A DNA stretch of 64,000 nt from Candidatus Latescibacterota bacterium (GCA_965203355.1 OZ241889.1:2464001-2528000); one strand, 5' to 3'; shown: positions 30,201 through 40,201, counted from the stretch's first letter. Numbers and translations are program-made. Notes: generated by a model not told the origin, from the letters alone.

Positions 30201-32891
30201 GAGGCCGCCACCGCCATCATCTCGATTGATGAGGTGGCTTCGAGTGCCACCCGCGACACGGACTACTCGGCCCTGTTCGATCCGACGATTACCATTGCCG
30301 CCGGTTCGATTATGGGTTCGACACGCCTGTTGATCGATCCAGTTGCGGACGGCATGGCCGAAGGCGACGAGACGGTTGTACTCAACGCGATGCTGCCGGG
30401 CTTGACGGCGGGTTCGGCGACACTGGTGCTGACGGAAGCGGCCGGCGGCATGATGGACGATAAGGAGATGATGATCCCCTTGTCTTTCGTCGAGGGCACT
30501 TCGATCGACGCACATGCCTATACGGCGGGCACGGCGATTACGCCGTTGGTCCTGCCGGTGGCGTTGGGCGGCGAAGGCACCATCACGTATAGCGTGTCAG
30601 GTTTGCCAGCCGGGCTGTCGTTTGACGCGGCGACCCGGACGATTTCCGGGACACCGGAAGCGGCTACCGATGGGGCCGTTGAAGTCACCTACACGGCGAT
30701 GGCTGGCGCCGAAAGCGTCTCGCTGACGTTCACGATTACCATCAACGCGATGCTGGACTTTGGCGACCTGAGCACGTTGTTCGGCGGCGGTGGCGGTGCT
30801 GGCAAAGCCAATCCAGCGGATTCGCACACCGACAACATGATTCAATTCACCATTAACGTGCCAGCAAACCTGACGCTGCCGGCGGTCTCCGGGGGCACCC
30901 CGCCGCTGACGTATAGCGTGTCGGGTCTGCCAGCGGGACTGTCATTTGACGCGGCCACCCGGACGATTTCGGGCACGCCGACGACGATGGGCGAGACGGT
31001 CGCGACCTACACGGTCATGGATGCCAGCGGCGCGAGTCAGTCGCTGCCGTTGAGCATGGCGGTGGTGGAGCCGCCGCTGTCGGTGCCGACAAACCTGGTC
31101 GCCGAAGACTACAAAGGTGCGGACGGCCAAGGCGACCAAGGCGGTTTCGTGATGCTGTCTTGGGAGTTGTCGGCCGATCATAAGTCGCTGGACGGCTATC
31201 GCATTTTCCGCGCGTTGCCGGTGCTGGAAAATGAGATGGTGCCGTGGGCGCGGGTGGATGCCGTGCCCGGGGTGGCGATGGGTCGCGCCATCGTGGCGAC
31301 GCTGGACAATGTCTCGACGCGCTGGGGCATTGCCGCCGAGCGCGGGGGTCGCACCACGCACGAGATGGCCAAAGCCGTGTTCGTCGAGGCGGGTGATTTG
31401 ACGCAGCCTTACGCGCAGATGGCGAAGACACTGCAAGCCAGCCGCGCCGCCGCGCAGGGCGGTGAGGGTCCGGTGCTGGCGTCGTTGCTGCCGGAAGCAT
31501 TGGCTTACGCTCGCGGCGTGGCGCCGAAGCTAAATGTCGTCAGTAGTGTGCTGAGTTCGTCGATTACTTGGACGGCCGAGGCTGTGCGGGCGACTGACGA
31601 CATCGCGCCGTTGGCTGTGTCGGCACTACAGGTGTTGGATGCGCCCGACGATCAAGGCGGTCGCATCGCGCTGACGTGGACGCTGTCGCCGTCGGATCAG
31701 GTGCTGCAAGGGGTTGTGGCTGGCGCGTTAGGCCCGGCACCGGTCGAGCCGATCGTCGGCGTACATGGCTACCGCATCTATCGCCGGGCGGTCGGGGAAG
31801 AAGCGTTTTCCGTGGTCGCCGAGGTGGCGTCCGGGGTCGCGTCCTTCGTCGATGAGACGGCGCAGCATGGCGTGCATTACACCTATCAGGTGCGGCCCTT
31901 TGATGGGGACAACGAGACCGGTTCGGTTGAGCATACCGCGCTGGCCGTGCGCAACCAGGTGACTGATAGTCAAGGGCAGGCTCTGTTGGGGTTGTTCGGC
32001 GCGGACGCTCGCATTGGGTTCGACGATTTCTTCGTGTTGGCGGACCGCTTCGGCTTGACGGCGGGCGACGCCGGGTTTGATCCGGCGTTTGACCTGGCGC
32101 CGAATGGGACGATTGACTTCGACGACTTCTTCGTGTTGGCCGACCATTTCGGTCGCAGCGTGGCCGCGGCGGGCAAGCCGGTGCCGTTGCGGACCGGGCT
32201 GAATGCGGATGCGCGGCTGTATCTGGACGCGCCAGCGGCCCTGCCGAGCGTAGGAGAAGAGTTCGTCGTTAATGTGCGGTTAGCCGATTTCGTGGCAGTC
32301 AAGGGCTACGGCTTGCAGGTGGCGTATGACGCCGACCAGCTGACTTTCGTCGAGGCGCGGACCGATCAGCCGCTGGGCGGCAGCGCATTCGCTACGCCGC
32401 AGGTGCTGGCCGACCAAGCGGGCGTGGTGACGGTAGCCGCGCACGGCGATGTCGTTTCGGACGGCGAGTTGATGTTGCGCTTAGTCTTCCGGCCGACGAC
32501 CGAGATCGAGCACACGACGCTCGAAATCACCGACAGCCAGACGTATGACCGGGCGTTGGGCTTCAACCGGCTGGCATTGCCCGCGCCGATTTCGGTGCAG
32601 ACGCGGCCGGCCGTGTTCTCATTGGCAGCCAACTATCCGAACCCGTTCAACCCGCAGACGACGATTCAGTATGCGTTGCCGCAGGCGGCGGACGTGGCAC
32701 TGACCGTATATAACGTGTTGGGTCAGCCGATTCGGACGCTGGTTGCCGAGCATCAGGCGGCGGGTCGCTACGCGGTGGAATGGGACGCGACCAACGACCG
32801 TGGCCAGAGCGTGTCGTCGGGGATGTACTTCTACCGCTTGCAAGCGGGCGGCGATTTCCTTGACATCAAGAAGATGCTGCTGCTCAAGTAG
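27252..32891 (+). CDS. Large secreted/surface protein: Calx-beta-like repeats, putative Ig domains, FN3-like, EF-hand/dockerin-like, cohesin-like and FlgD-Ig (T9SS-like) C-terminal domain
   Basis: Signal peptide (AAA|Q); repeated TRDxDY modules; three LPxGLSFDxATRTxSGTP motifs; two FDDFFVLADxFG; NYPNPFNP..WDATNDRGQSVSSGMYFYRL..KKMLLLK end; AGGAGG RBS. Confidence 0.85.
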   Translation: MIHAKLSVPRLAFVPFLLAAILVFGWAGEAAAQTENIDISVDRRSVREDGGAQDIMITAELRDADAKAKVDLYLPLSLVGVTSRYLNDLFTISFPSLVIKKGERKATGTITINPTNNNRIGINAANASADVDTLTITGTVDTAKVKMRVNLPIVIDVGGTTGTIFEKGKTAASYTEKETGVTGVFYIELIDDDVFVPNIDLSASPAKLSKQADATPIEVTALLKGGSLASHDLKSQLVVSSGSDFLTRDVDYSLRGLGSLTIPKRRIDATTTFTLDPNNKDGTIELRSSPDTLKVVFKKRVNSAGKQVRFDLRHEGTLNGDNYVHSTKDDVKLNEYINNTNATIGIDFNGDGDIGTEANTIEGTKIFGRKFVAWANEDFSTSDKIPAGTVLVEADLGIDFFEDDDLLDTYVVPAGKVLTEASHALLDVGAKTVTGHDPVLKLRIDFNGDGQFTDSAFADGTVIKHVDSFVIPVVVNPGTITVEDVAVATIKNFTLSPKTIREAAGATDVTMTVELAKALTGAKAVDFQITAGQGTRDVHYEVEVIEGLTIPVGDTKGTATLRVTPVDNSGVNDARTFTVKAKVGDEEDQTKDQTFTITDDETLSDDITLSVSPSEIKEDAGATTVTVTGTLDGKVLDADATMTLVVDGTPDKSATRDADYTAVLSSLTIPRGEITGSTTITVTPVNDGKDDNDETITIKQLTDNLKNQDDDKIKVGTTKITLKDAAKMDDSSDTPADTGRPSFGTGALAFEATVGQAFSEVLPAATGGQGTLRYRVSSDLPIGLSFDTATRTLSGTPTLAGMSSVIYVALDSDGDSGAKTFTITVSEAPPVTVGVASVMASQSAVRENGDTAEIRVTATLSEAAPAPETVRFTIVPPASGAMATRDVDYTAALVGTITIAAGEKVGSTTLFLSPIDNASADGHKHLGVRAVSSGGWGQVDLRISDDETASTSLVVSVMPSAIPESAELTEVMVMAALDGKPLAEAATAIISIDEVASSATRDTDYSALFDPTITIAAGSIMGSTRLLIDPVADGMAEGDETVVLNAMLPGLTAGSATLVLTEAAGGMMDDKEMMIPLSFVEGTSIDAHAYTAGTAITPLVLPVALGGEGTITYSVSGLPAGLSFDAATRTISGTPEAATDGAVEVTYTAMAGAESVSLTFTITINAMLDFGDLSTLFGGGGGAGKANPADSHTDNMIQFTINVPANLTLPAVSGGTPPLTYSVSGLPAGLSFDAATRTISGTPTTMGETVATYTVMDASGASQSLPLSMAVVEPPLSVPTNLVAEDYKGADGQGDQGGFVMLSWELSADHKSLDGYRIFRALPVLENEMVPWARVDAVPGVAMGRAIVATLDNVSTRWGIAAERGGRTTHEMAKAVFVEAGDLTQPYAQMAKTLQASRAAAQGGEGPVLASLLPEALAYARGVAPKLNVVSSVLSSSITWTAEAVRATDDIAPLAVSALQVLDAPDDQGGRIALTWTLSPSDQVLQGVVAGALGPAPVEPIVGVHGYRIYRRAVGEEAFSVVAEVASGVASFVDETAQHGVHYTYQVRPFDGDNETGSVEHTALAVRNQVTDSQGQALLGLFGADARIGFDDFFVLADRFGLTAGDAGFDPAFDLAPNGTIDFDDFFVLADHFGRSVAAAGKPVPLRTGLNADARLYLDAPAALPSVGEEFVVNVRLADFVAVKGYGLQVAYDADQLTFVEARTDQPLGGSAFATPQVLADQAGVVTVAAHGDVVSDGELMLRLVFRPTTEIEHTTLEITDSQTYDRALGFNRLALPAPISVQTRPAVFSLAANYPNPFNPQTTIQYALPQAADVALTVYNVLGQPIRTLVAEHQAAGRYAVEWDATNDRGQSVSSGMYFYRLQAGGDFLDIKKMLLLK

Positions 32892-32917
32892 CACACGCGG
32901 CACCGCGCGAGTTACGG

Positions 32918-32954
32918 AAATGGGACCCTGATGTTCTGGGGTCCCATTTTCTTT
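32918..32954 (+). terminator. Rho-independent terminator of the giant gene
   Basis: AAATGGGACCC / GGGTCCCATTT stem followed by TCTTT. Confidence 0.8.
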
Positions 32955-33033
32955 ATGAATTTCTATTGTCCATGTCGGGAACTGCACTGCCAAAGCGGGA
33001 TTAGACCAAATCATTCGGTCGTGATGCGTTTTC

Positions 33034-33098
33034 GGTCGGGCTTGGGGTGCCGGGGTTCAGGCGGAGCGAGAGCGACCCGTTCAACGGAAGTAAAGCTA
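33034..33098 (-). repeat. Right arm of ~65-bp inverted repeat (partner 26516-26579)
   Basis: Reverse complement reads TAGCTTTACTTCCGTTGAACGGGTCGCTCTCGCTCCGCCTGAACCCCGGCACCCCAAGCCCGACC. Confidence 0.9.
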
Positions 33099-33161
33099 AA
33101 TTTCAAAACGTACCACTATCGAATCGGCGGAACAGCTACCGAGGATGCGGGCGGGGATCTT

Positions 33162-34406
33162 CTACAACTTACCGATCAGGACGATCCGATTGGTGTTGGT
33201 GCCTTTTGTGCGGTTTTCTACGCCCCAGCAGTTTGCGGTCTTGGTGAATGTCTGATCGTTGACCAACACCATCAGGGGCTTGAGGCCAGCCTCCATGGCC
33301 GCGGGTACGACGAGGGTTTCGAGGAGGATTGTGCCATGGCGGACCTCGCCCACCTCAAAGGCGACAAAGCCCCCGCTGGCGAGAACCCGGTGCAACTCTC
33401 GGAAAGTGCGGGTCATCGCGGCCTGCCAGTCGGCTGGTTTTTTTAATTGCCATATAGCAACCTCCTTGGCGTCAATACCGTTAAACCAGCAGCGCAGCCA
33501 GTTGTCTGCTTGATAGTTGACGATGTCCAAAAAGGGGGGCGAGGTAACGGCGAGTTGGATGGATTCACTGGCGATGGCGGCGGTATTGTCAGATGAGCCG
33601 GTTATAAGCAGGGGGCGGTTCGCCGTCAGCATTTCCAGATCGCGCGCTTGCAGCTTGCTCAGTAGCGATCGCGTCTTGCGGAGGATGATGGCCTTTATGT
33701 CGCGTTCAGGTGGCACTTGAGCGCGTTTTTGGTTGATGCGTTTTTGCGACTCGATGGACACCGCCTGATTCGGCGGCAGCGTATATACGGAGAAAAATCC
33801 CGGCGAGTGCCCGGTCAGGCGGTTGGTCGCCACCATCTGAATCCACGCATCGACGCGGTCTGGGCGGCGCGTGCGGAGGTGGGAGCGCAGATTGGCGATT
33901 TGGCGGAGCGTGTTGGGGTGATAAAAAACAAGGAGCTCGTCCCCAACCTCGCTCGTTTTGTCGAGGTCCAGCGCGGCCAAGCGCGTTTCTACCTCGTCAT
34001 AGGTGGGTGGATCCAGGCGAGGCCCGACTAGACGCTCGCTGAGCGGATTTATGTCGCAGCCGATGGGACCGCGGCCCAACAGCGCTGCTTCGAGGACCGT
34101 GGTGCCGCGGCCCATGAAAGGGTCGTACACCGCGTCGCCGGGTTGCGTCAAGCGGCTGATGAAAAACCTCGGCAATTGCGGCTTGAAACAGGCGCGATAG
34201 GAGACCTCGTGGAGCGAGTGCGCGGCGCGTTGCTTGGCGGTCCAGAACTCGTTGACGTACACCGGAATGGAAATGGCCGGATCGGGAAAGTCGAGGGTTT
34301 GCGTCTCTTTGCCAAACTCCGCAAAGGCTTGGATGTCGGCGGCGAATTCTTCGGCGTTTAGGGGGCGTGGTTGCGGCGGCGCGTGGGGGAATAGGGAGGT
34401 AGTCAC
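33162..34406 (-). CDS. Site-specific DNA methyltransferase (N4C/N6A; motif I before motif IV)
   Basis: DPFMGRGTT (SAM binding) followed by TSPPF (catalytic). Confidence 0.85.
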   Translation of the reverse strand: MTTSLFPHAPPQPRPLNAEEFAADIQAFAEFGKETQTLDFPDPAISIPVYVNEFWTAKQRAAHSLHEVSYRACFKPQLPRFFISRLTQPGDAVYDPFMGRGTTVLEAALLGRGPIGCDINPLSERLVGPRLDPPTYDEVETRLAALDLDKTSEVGDELLVFYHPNTLRQIANLRSHLRTRRPDRVDAWIQMVATNRLTGHSPGFFSVYTLPPNQAVSIESQKRINQKRAQVPPERDIKAIILRKTRSLLSKLQARDLEMLTANRPLLITGSSDNTAAIASESIQLAVTSPPFLDIVNYQADNWLRCWFNGIDAKEVAIWQLKKPADWQAAMTRTFRELHRVLASGGFVAFEVGEVRHGTILLETLVVPAAMEAGLKPLMVLVNDQTFTKTANCWGVENRTKGTNTNRIVLIGKL

Positions 34407-35140
34407 GATAGGCTCCTGAGTAAAGCAAGGGCCTGGCGGCGGTTTATCTTTGACGCTTTACCAAGCTGCCCTTGAAGCCACCAAGTTCGCACCGCGTCCG
34501 CCGGAATCTGCCAGTACGGCACGGCGGGAAAACGTGCGATGTCAGAGACAATATAGCCGGCGACCTCGTCTAACTTCCGTAGAAAGCCATGCTCTTCAAA
34601 GTGCCTTCCTGATCCAACCATATAGCTGGGACAAAAATAGATACCATGTTTAGACACGCTGCGGACTTCCCATTTGCGGCCTGTGGAATCCAGTACGTCA
34701 TATCCTGCTCCTTCGCTACGGGCTAGCGAGCCGTTGAGCACTTGACAAGCTATGCGTAGCTTGATTAGAAAAGATACTCGGCGCCCATTGGTGAAGTAAG
34801 CGTACACATCGTCTTGCGGAATTTGCAGTGCTTCCGATAACTGGCGAACATCCCACTCTAATAAACCATTCGGCACCGCCCTGTTCCCGTTTTCTTTCCG
34901 CAATGTATGATCTAACTGCGAAAGAAACTGCTTGAGATCTTCCTTGCTCAAGCTAAATGCCTTTACATCTGCAACGCCCAAACGACCCGTAATATCGCGG
35001 AGCACATAGTCCTCCGTTTCCTCGAATTCACCTTCCATCATCGCGTTTTCTGCCCATTCTACCAAGTCTTCAAGGGACAACTGGCACTGTAAGTATGTCC
35101 TTATTCTGTCTGCGAGTACTTCAGATGTGATGATTTCCAC
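34403..35140 (-). CDS. Hypothetical protein: small helical N-domain plus candidate nuclease domain
   Basis: Overlaps the MTase start by 4 nt; AT-richer; GYDVLD..GRKWEVRS resembles a PD-(D/E)xK variant. Confidence 0.55.
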   Translation of the reverse strand: MEIITSEVLADRIRTYLQCQLSLEDLVEWAENAMMEGEFEETEDYVLRDITGRLGVADVKAFSLSKEDLKQFLSQLDHTLRKENGNRAVPNGLLEWDVRQLSEALQIPQDDVYAYFTNGRRVSFLIKLRIACQVLNGSLARSEGAGYDVLDSTGRKWEVRSVSKHGIYFCPSYMVGSGRHFEEHGFLRKLDEVAGYIVSDIARFPAVPYWQIPADAVRTWWLQGQLGKASKINRRQALALLRSLS

Positions 35141-35258
35141 TGTTCACTCCTTTCCAACCCCAAGCAGTGCGGCCATAGAATGGCGTGGTGCCCCGAGCGG
35201 CGCGTTTGACAGAAAACGGCGGGCAACCTAGCGTTGCCCAATAAGGAGGAAATTCGAG

Positions 35259-36146
35259 ATGAACAAGGAAAAGATAGCACCCGAATTAGCCGTGAAAAAG
35301 GACGCGCTCGTCGGCGAAGGAGCCGTTTGGGACTCGGAGGACGAATTGTTGTACTGGGTCGATATCCTCAGCCACGAGGTCTATGTGTACGATCCGGCTA
35401 GCGGAATCAACCGCACCATCCCGACCTGCCAAGCCGTGGGTACGGTGGTCAAGCGGCAAAGCGGCGGCCTCGTCGTGGCCTTGCACAATGGCTTTGCCCA
35501 CATTGACTTGCGGACGGAACGCATGGTGCCGCTCGGCGCGGATCCCGAGCGTGCGATCCCGGCCAATCGCTTTAACGACGGCAAGTGCGATCCGGCTGGG
35601 CGGTTGTGGGCCGGGACCATGGATTTTGGCGGTGCGCGCGACCAAGGCGCGCTCTACTGCCTCGACGTCGATCACGCAGTCAGCCGGAAGGTCGCGCCGG
35701 TCACCATCTCCAACGGCATCGTCTGGAGCGCCGACCAGCAGACCCTGTACTTCATTGATTCTGGCTTGAACAACGTGCGCGCATACGACTACTGCCGCGA
35801 CAGTGGGAACATCAGCAACGAGCGCGTGGTGGTGGAGTACGAAGGGCCGGGCGTGTTAGACGGCATGGCCATTGACGAAGAAGACGCTTTGTGGATCGCC
35901 GTGTACGGAGGCTGGTGCGTCTTGTGCTGCGATCCTCGCTCTGGCGCGTTGCTGCGCCACTTGGAACTACCCATGGCCAATGTGACATCGTGCGCCTTTG
36001 GCGGCGCGGCCCTAGACCAGCTCTACATCACCTCGGCCAGCCGAGGTTTGGACGCCGAGGAGCGACAAGCTCAGCCTTTGGCCGGTTCGCTAGTGCGGGT
36101 TGATGCGGGCGTGTGCGGTGTGCCCGCGTATGCGTTTGCCGGCTAG
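35259..36146 (+). CDS. SMP-30/gluconolactonase family protein
   Basis: GEGAVW, RFNDGKCDPAGRLWAGTM, SNGIVWS, DGMAID, TSCAFGG. Confidence 0.93.
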   Translation: MNKEKIAPELAVKKDALVGEGAVWDSEDELLYWVDILSHEVYVYDPASGINRTIPTCQAVGTVVKRQSGGLVVALHNGFAHIDLRTERMVPLGADPERAIPANRFNDGKCDPAGRLWAGTMDFGGARDQGALYCLDVDHAVSRKVAPVTISNGIVWSADQQTLYFIDSGLNNVRAYDYCRDSGNISNERVVVEYEGPGVLDGMAIDEEDALWIAVYGGWCVLCCDPRSGALLRHLELPMANVTSCAFGGAALDQLYITSASRGLDAEERQAQPLAGSLVRVDAGVCGVPAYAFAG

Positions 36147-36937
36147 AGAGCGATGGCGCGCAGCTCGTCCGACCAGTCGCGCCACATGTCCTTTTGCGGC
36201 GGTTCCTGTTGGGTTTGTTCGATGTCCTGCTTGAGAAAATCGCCGAGCACGGCTTGGCGCAGTTGGCGCGAGGTGTTCGGGCTAGCCATGTGCCCGAGGC
36301 GGTGGTGCCAGAAGACGATGTCGCCGGCTTGGCCGTGGGTATCGACGGGCGGGCGCTGGTTGAATGCAGTCCGCACCTTTTCGTAGGCCGCTTCGTCTTG
36401 GTCGCGGAGGTACTGCGAAGTGAAGGTCGGGTAGAAGGCGCGATGGCTTTCGGGCCAGACCATGAAACTGCCGCCGTTGGGTGGCACGTCATCGATGTAG
36501 CCGACTACGCCGAGATGGAAGGGGTGGCCGTCGGTATGGCAGCCTAGGGCCTGGGGCGGGTGGTCGCCGTAGGGCAGGGTGCAGTAGATGCCGCGAATGC
36601 GCTCGGGCCGGACGAGTTGGCCTTGGCCGAGCATTTGTTCGGCCATGCTCCAGATCTTGGAATCGGTGGCTAGCAGACGCACCATCCACTGCTCGCTGCC
36701 CGGCGCGCGAAAGTTCCAGCGAAAGCCGCGGCGGTAGTTGGTGCGGTCGAGGTTTTCTTCGTCCGTGCGGAACGGGCCGACCCAAGTGGCGGGGTTGTCG
36801 CGGCTGCGGCCCGGCGGGGCACCGTCCCACAGCCGGGCGCGGGCGCGATCCATGAGCGCGGGGTCGAGCACGCCGCGTTTGATAAGGTAGCCATTGCGCT
36901 TGAAGAAGCGCATTTCGTCGGTCGTCAGCATGTTCAC
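36143..36937 (-). CDS. Phytanoyl-CoA dioxygenase (PhyH)-like 2OG-Fe(II) protein
   Basis: FFKRNGYLI, HTD, WPESH, AGDIVFWHHRLGH..N motifs. Confidence 0.8.
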   Translation of the reverse strand: MNMLTTDEMRFFKRNGYLIKRGVLDPALMDRARARLWDGAPPGRSRDNPATWVGPFRTDEENLDRTNYRRGFRWNFRAPGSEQWMVRLLATDSKIWSMAEQMLGQGQLVRPERIRGIYCTLPYGDHPPQALGCHTDGHPFHLGVVGYIDDVPPNGGSFMVWPESHRAFYPTFTSQYLRDQDEAAYEKVRTAFNQRPPVDTHGQAGDIVFWHHRLGHMASPNTSRQLRQAVLGDFLKQDIEQTQQEPPQKDMWRDWSDELRAIAL

Positions 36938-37078
36938 CTGTTAAAATTTGCCTGAGAAGGATAGGCAAAGAGCGTGCGCTTGGAAAGCGGCCGGCGATTT
37001 AGCTTTAGGGCTGTGGTGATCGTATCTTAGAGCGGCGGCGTTGGGGACCCATGCTCTAACACGAAGGACGGACGAGTT

Positions 37079-40000
37079 ATGAGCGACCTACCCTTTAAGG
37101 ACATAATCAGCAAGCATTACACGGTCTTTGATGGAATGGGCGGGATGTACGTGGAAGACCTCTACCAAGACCACCGAGGGTTTCTTTGGGTCGCCACAGC
37201 CGACGGGGGTGTCAGCCGGTTCGACAGTGTGAATTTTGATGCGTTTGGCCCCAAGGATGGGTTGCCCGATCTGACGGTCATGGCCATTGCCGAAGACGCT
37301 GATGAGCGGCTTTTGTTCGGCACGTTTGGCAGCGGGATTGCGGCGTACGACGGGCGCGGCTTTCAGGTGTACACCACCGAACACGGCTTGCCTTCCAACG
37401 AGATCGTGGGCCTGCAAGCCCAGCCGGATGATTCGGTGTTGGTGCTGACCGGCGCGGGGGTGGCGTGGTTTGAACGGGGCCGCTGCATACGGAGCATAAC
37501 CGAGGTGGGCGGCCAACCATTGGGGCGCGTGTACGATATGGCCACGGACGCGACCGGCACTACTTGGCTGGCGACTTGGACTCGCGGCGTCGTCAGCTTG
37601 GATGGGCGGCGCATGGACACCGGCGACAAAGCCCAATGGCCGTGGAAATTCGCGCAAGACGCCGCTGGCCATCTGTGGATTGCCTTTCACTATGCCGGGC
37701 GGGACGCCTTCATTGGCCGCTACGATGCGCGGAGCGAGCAGTTCGCCTTCGTGGAGGTGGGCGAGCGGGCCGAGCGGACTGTGCAGCAGGGGACGCGGCA
37801 TGTGCGGGCGGACGATAGGGGTTGGATATGGATGACGCGCCGGGGCGTCCTCTGCTACGACGGGCAGGTATGGCACCGTTTTTCCACGGCTTTACCAGAC
37901 CTTGACTTTTCCAGTACGCGCCTGGCATACGAGGATCGCGAGGGCAATATTTGGATCGGGCTTTGGGGGGGTGGGCTGATATTTTGCGACCCGGCCAGCC
38001 TCCGCTACTACACCGAAGCCGACGGCCTGCCCGACAACGAGGTTCGCCACTTAGGCGAAGATGCTAAGGGGCGGCTGTGGATCGGTACGATGGACGGTAT
38101 GGCCTGCATGGAAAACGGCCAAATCCGTCCGCTTGATCAGGCTGAAACCGTGTCGGCGCTGATGGTGGACAAAAAGGGGCGGGTCTGGAGCGGCGGAGAC
38201 GCCGGGCGGGTGTACCAATGGGAAGGCCAGACGCCGCACGCGATTGCGGTGGCCGAAAGGGCCCACGCCCAAGCAATCACTGGGCTGTGCGAAGGCGCGC
38301 AAGGGCGTATCTGGGTCGGCACGGCCCGGGGCGGCTTTGGCTGGATAGAGGGCCATCGCTTCACTCCGGTTGGCGCGTGGGACATGGATGAGTGCCATGC
38401 CTTGCTGCAAGACCAAAGCGGAACGTTCTGGATCGGTTGCCGCGCCAGGATACCGGCACTCTATTGGTACGAAAACGGTCAACGCCTCCCGGCGGCGATG
38501 GTCGAAGCGGAGACCATCGCATATGTCAATGTGCTGTGGGAACACCACAACATCGTGTGGGTGGGCACGGCCAAAGGGCTTTTCGCGTACGACGGCTCGT
38601 CCGGGCAGGTGCGCCACTTTACGGTCGATCAATCGGAGCTGTCGGCCAACGGCATCTTGGCGCTGGCAGCGGACCGGCAGGGTCAGGTGTGGATCGGGAC
38701 CAGTGGCGGAGGAGTGCTGCGCTACGATGGCGAGACCTTCCGAAACATCCGCTTAGGACCTTCGGTGCTCGGCAACATCGTCGAGGCCGTTTTGTGCGAC
38801 CGCGATGGTCGGTTGTGGTTTGGGACGCGGGGGGGATTAGTGGCCTACCAGCCGGGCGATGTGCCGCCGGGCTTGGTCATCCGCGAGGTCTTGGCCGGCA
38901 GGCGCATGGTCGCGCCCGAGGCGGTCTCCTGCCCAGAGGACACCCCGGAAATCCGCATTCACTTTCAAGGGATCAGCTTCCGCAGCGGCGCGGCCGAGAT
39001 GCGCTATCGCCATCGCTTGTTGGGCTACGGCCCGGCCGAATCGTGGAGTGCGTTCACCGCTGCCGATACCGCGATGTACCGCGCCTTGCCGGTGGGCGAC
39101 TACCGCTTTGAGGTGCAGACGATAGACCGCGATAATTTGCAGTCCGAGGTGGTTGGCTTGGACCTCCACATCCTCCCGGACCTCCAAACCGAACATCTCC
39201 GCGTCCTTGAAAGGACCCTGCGACCTTCGCCCTGGGTCGTGCCGAGCCGTAGTCCGGCCATGCAGGAGGTGATGCAAGAAGTCGCGCAGGTTGCCGAGAC
39301 CGATATGAATGTGCTGATATTGGGCGAGACCGGCACCGGCAAGGGCATACTGGCGCAGACTATTCACGAAACAAGCAACCGCTCCGGGCAGTCTTTTGTC
39401 CAAGTCAATTGCGGTGCGCTCCCTACCACGCTGATCGAAAGCGAACTGTTCGGCCACGAGAAAGGGTCTTTTACCGGCGCAAACACCCGCCAGCTCGGTC
39501 GCTTTGAACTGGCCAATGGCGGCGCGATCTTTCTCGACGAGATCGGCGATTTATCGCTGGAGTCTCAGCGGGTATTGCTGCACATCTTAGAGGAGAATAC
39601 GCTGACGCGCGTCGGTGGTCAGCAGCCGATCGCGGTGGATGTGCGGGTCATCGCGGCGACCAACCGCGACCTGCGGCAGGCCATTGCGGAGGGTGCATTC
39701 CGCGAAGACCTATTCTACCGCCTGAGCGTCTTCACGATTGAACTGCCGCCGCTGCGACAGCGACAAGAGGACCTATCGGCTTTGGTGACACATTTTGTGA
39801 ATCGGTCTGCCCTAGATCTCAAGCAGCCAGCGCCGCGGCTAGATGCCGAGGCGAGCGCGGCCTTGTATGCGCATGCTTGGCCGGGGAATGTGCGCGCGTT
39901 AGAGCACGTGCTCCAACGCGCTGTCTTGCTGTGCAAGGGCGGTGTGGTGCGGGTGGAGGATTTGGTGCTGTCGTCGGTTGCGCGGCCGGCGGCTGAAGGA

Positions 40001-40201
40001 CCAATCAGGGACGTGGACAAAGCAACGCCGCCGCCCGAAGGGGGGGACGAAAAGCAGCAGATCCTCGCGGCGCTGCAAGCGACCCACTGGCGGGTCTCTG
40101 GGGTGCATGGTGCGGCGGCGTTGTTGGGAATGCACCCGGAGAAACTGCGTTACCGGATGCAGAAATACGGGTTGCGCCGCCCGAAAAAGCCCGGCACCTA
40201 A
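37079..40201 (+). CDS. Sigma54-dependent enhancer-binding protein with Reg_prop beta-propellers and Y_Y_Y domain
   Basis: Repeated D..G.LW.GT blades, YR..LP.GDYRFEV (Y_Y_Y), [42 protein letters not shown] and a C-terminal Fis HTH. Confidence 0.93.
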   Translation: MSDLPFKDIISKHYTVFDGMGGMYVEDLYQDHRGFLWVATADGGVSRFDSVNFDAFGPKDGLPDLTVMAIAEDADERLLFGTFGSGIAAYDGRGFQVYTTEHGLPSNEIVGLQAQPDDSVLVLTGAGVAWFERGRCIRSITEVGGQPLGRVYDMATDATGTTWLATWTRGVVSLDGRRMDTGDKAQWPWKFAQDAAGHLWIAFHYAGRDAFIGRYDARSEQFAFVEVGERAERTVQQGTRHVRADDRGWIWMTRRGVLCYDGQVWHRFSTALPDLDFSSTRLAYEDREGNIWIGLWGGGLIFCDPASLRYYTEADGLPDNEVRHLGEDAKGRLWIGTMDGMACMENGQIRPLDQAETVSALMVDKKGRVWSGGDAGRVYQWEGQTPHAIAVAERAHAQAITGLCEGAQGRIWVGTARGGFGWIEGHRFTPVGAWDMDECHALLQDQSGTFWIGCRARIPALYWYENGQRLPAAMVEAETIAYVNVLWEHHNIVWVGTAKGLFAYDGSSGQVRHFTVDQSELSANGILALAADRQGQVWIGTSGGGVLRYDGETFRNIRLGPSVLGNIVEAVLCDRDGRLWFGTRGGLVAYQPGDVPPGLVIREVLAGRRMVAPEAVSCPEDTPEIRIHFQGISFRSGAAEMRYRHRLLGYGPAESWSAFTAADTAMYRALPVGDYRFEVQTIDRDNLQSEVVGLDLHILPDLQTEHLRVLERTLRPSPWVVPSRSPAMQEVMQEVAQVAETDMNVLILGETGTGKGILAQTIHETSNRSGQSFVQVNCGALPTTLIESELFGHEKGSFTGANTRQLGRFELANGGAIFLDEIGDLSLESQRVLLHILEENTLTRVGGQQPIAVDVRVIAATNRDLRQAIAEGAFREDLFYRLSVFTIELPPLRQRQEDLSALVTHFVNRSALDLKQPAPRLDAEASAALYAHAWPGNVRALEHVLQRAVLLCKGGVVRVEDLVLSSVARPAAEGPIRDVDKATPPPEGGDEKQQILAALQATHWRVSGVHGAAALLGMHPEKLRYRMQKYGLRRPKKPGT

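Noticed and set aside
32931-33446. 171-aa plus-strand ORF after the giant gene
   Set aside because: It spans a terminator, the repeat arm and the antisense strand of the MTase; not coding-like.
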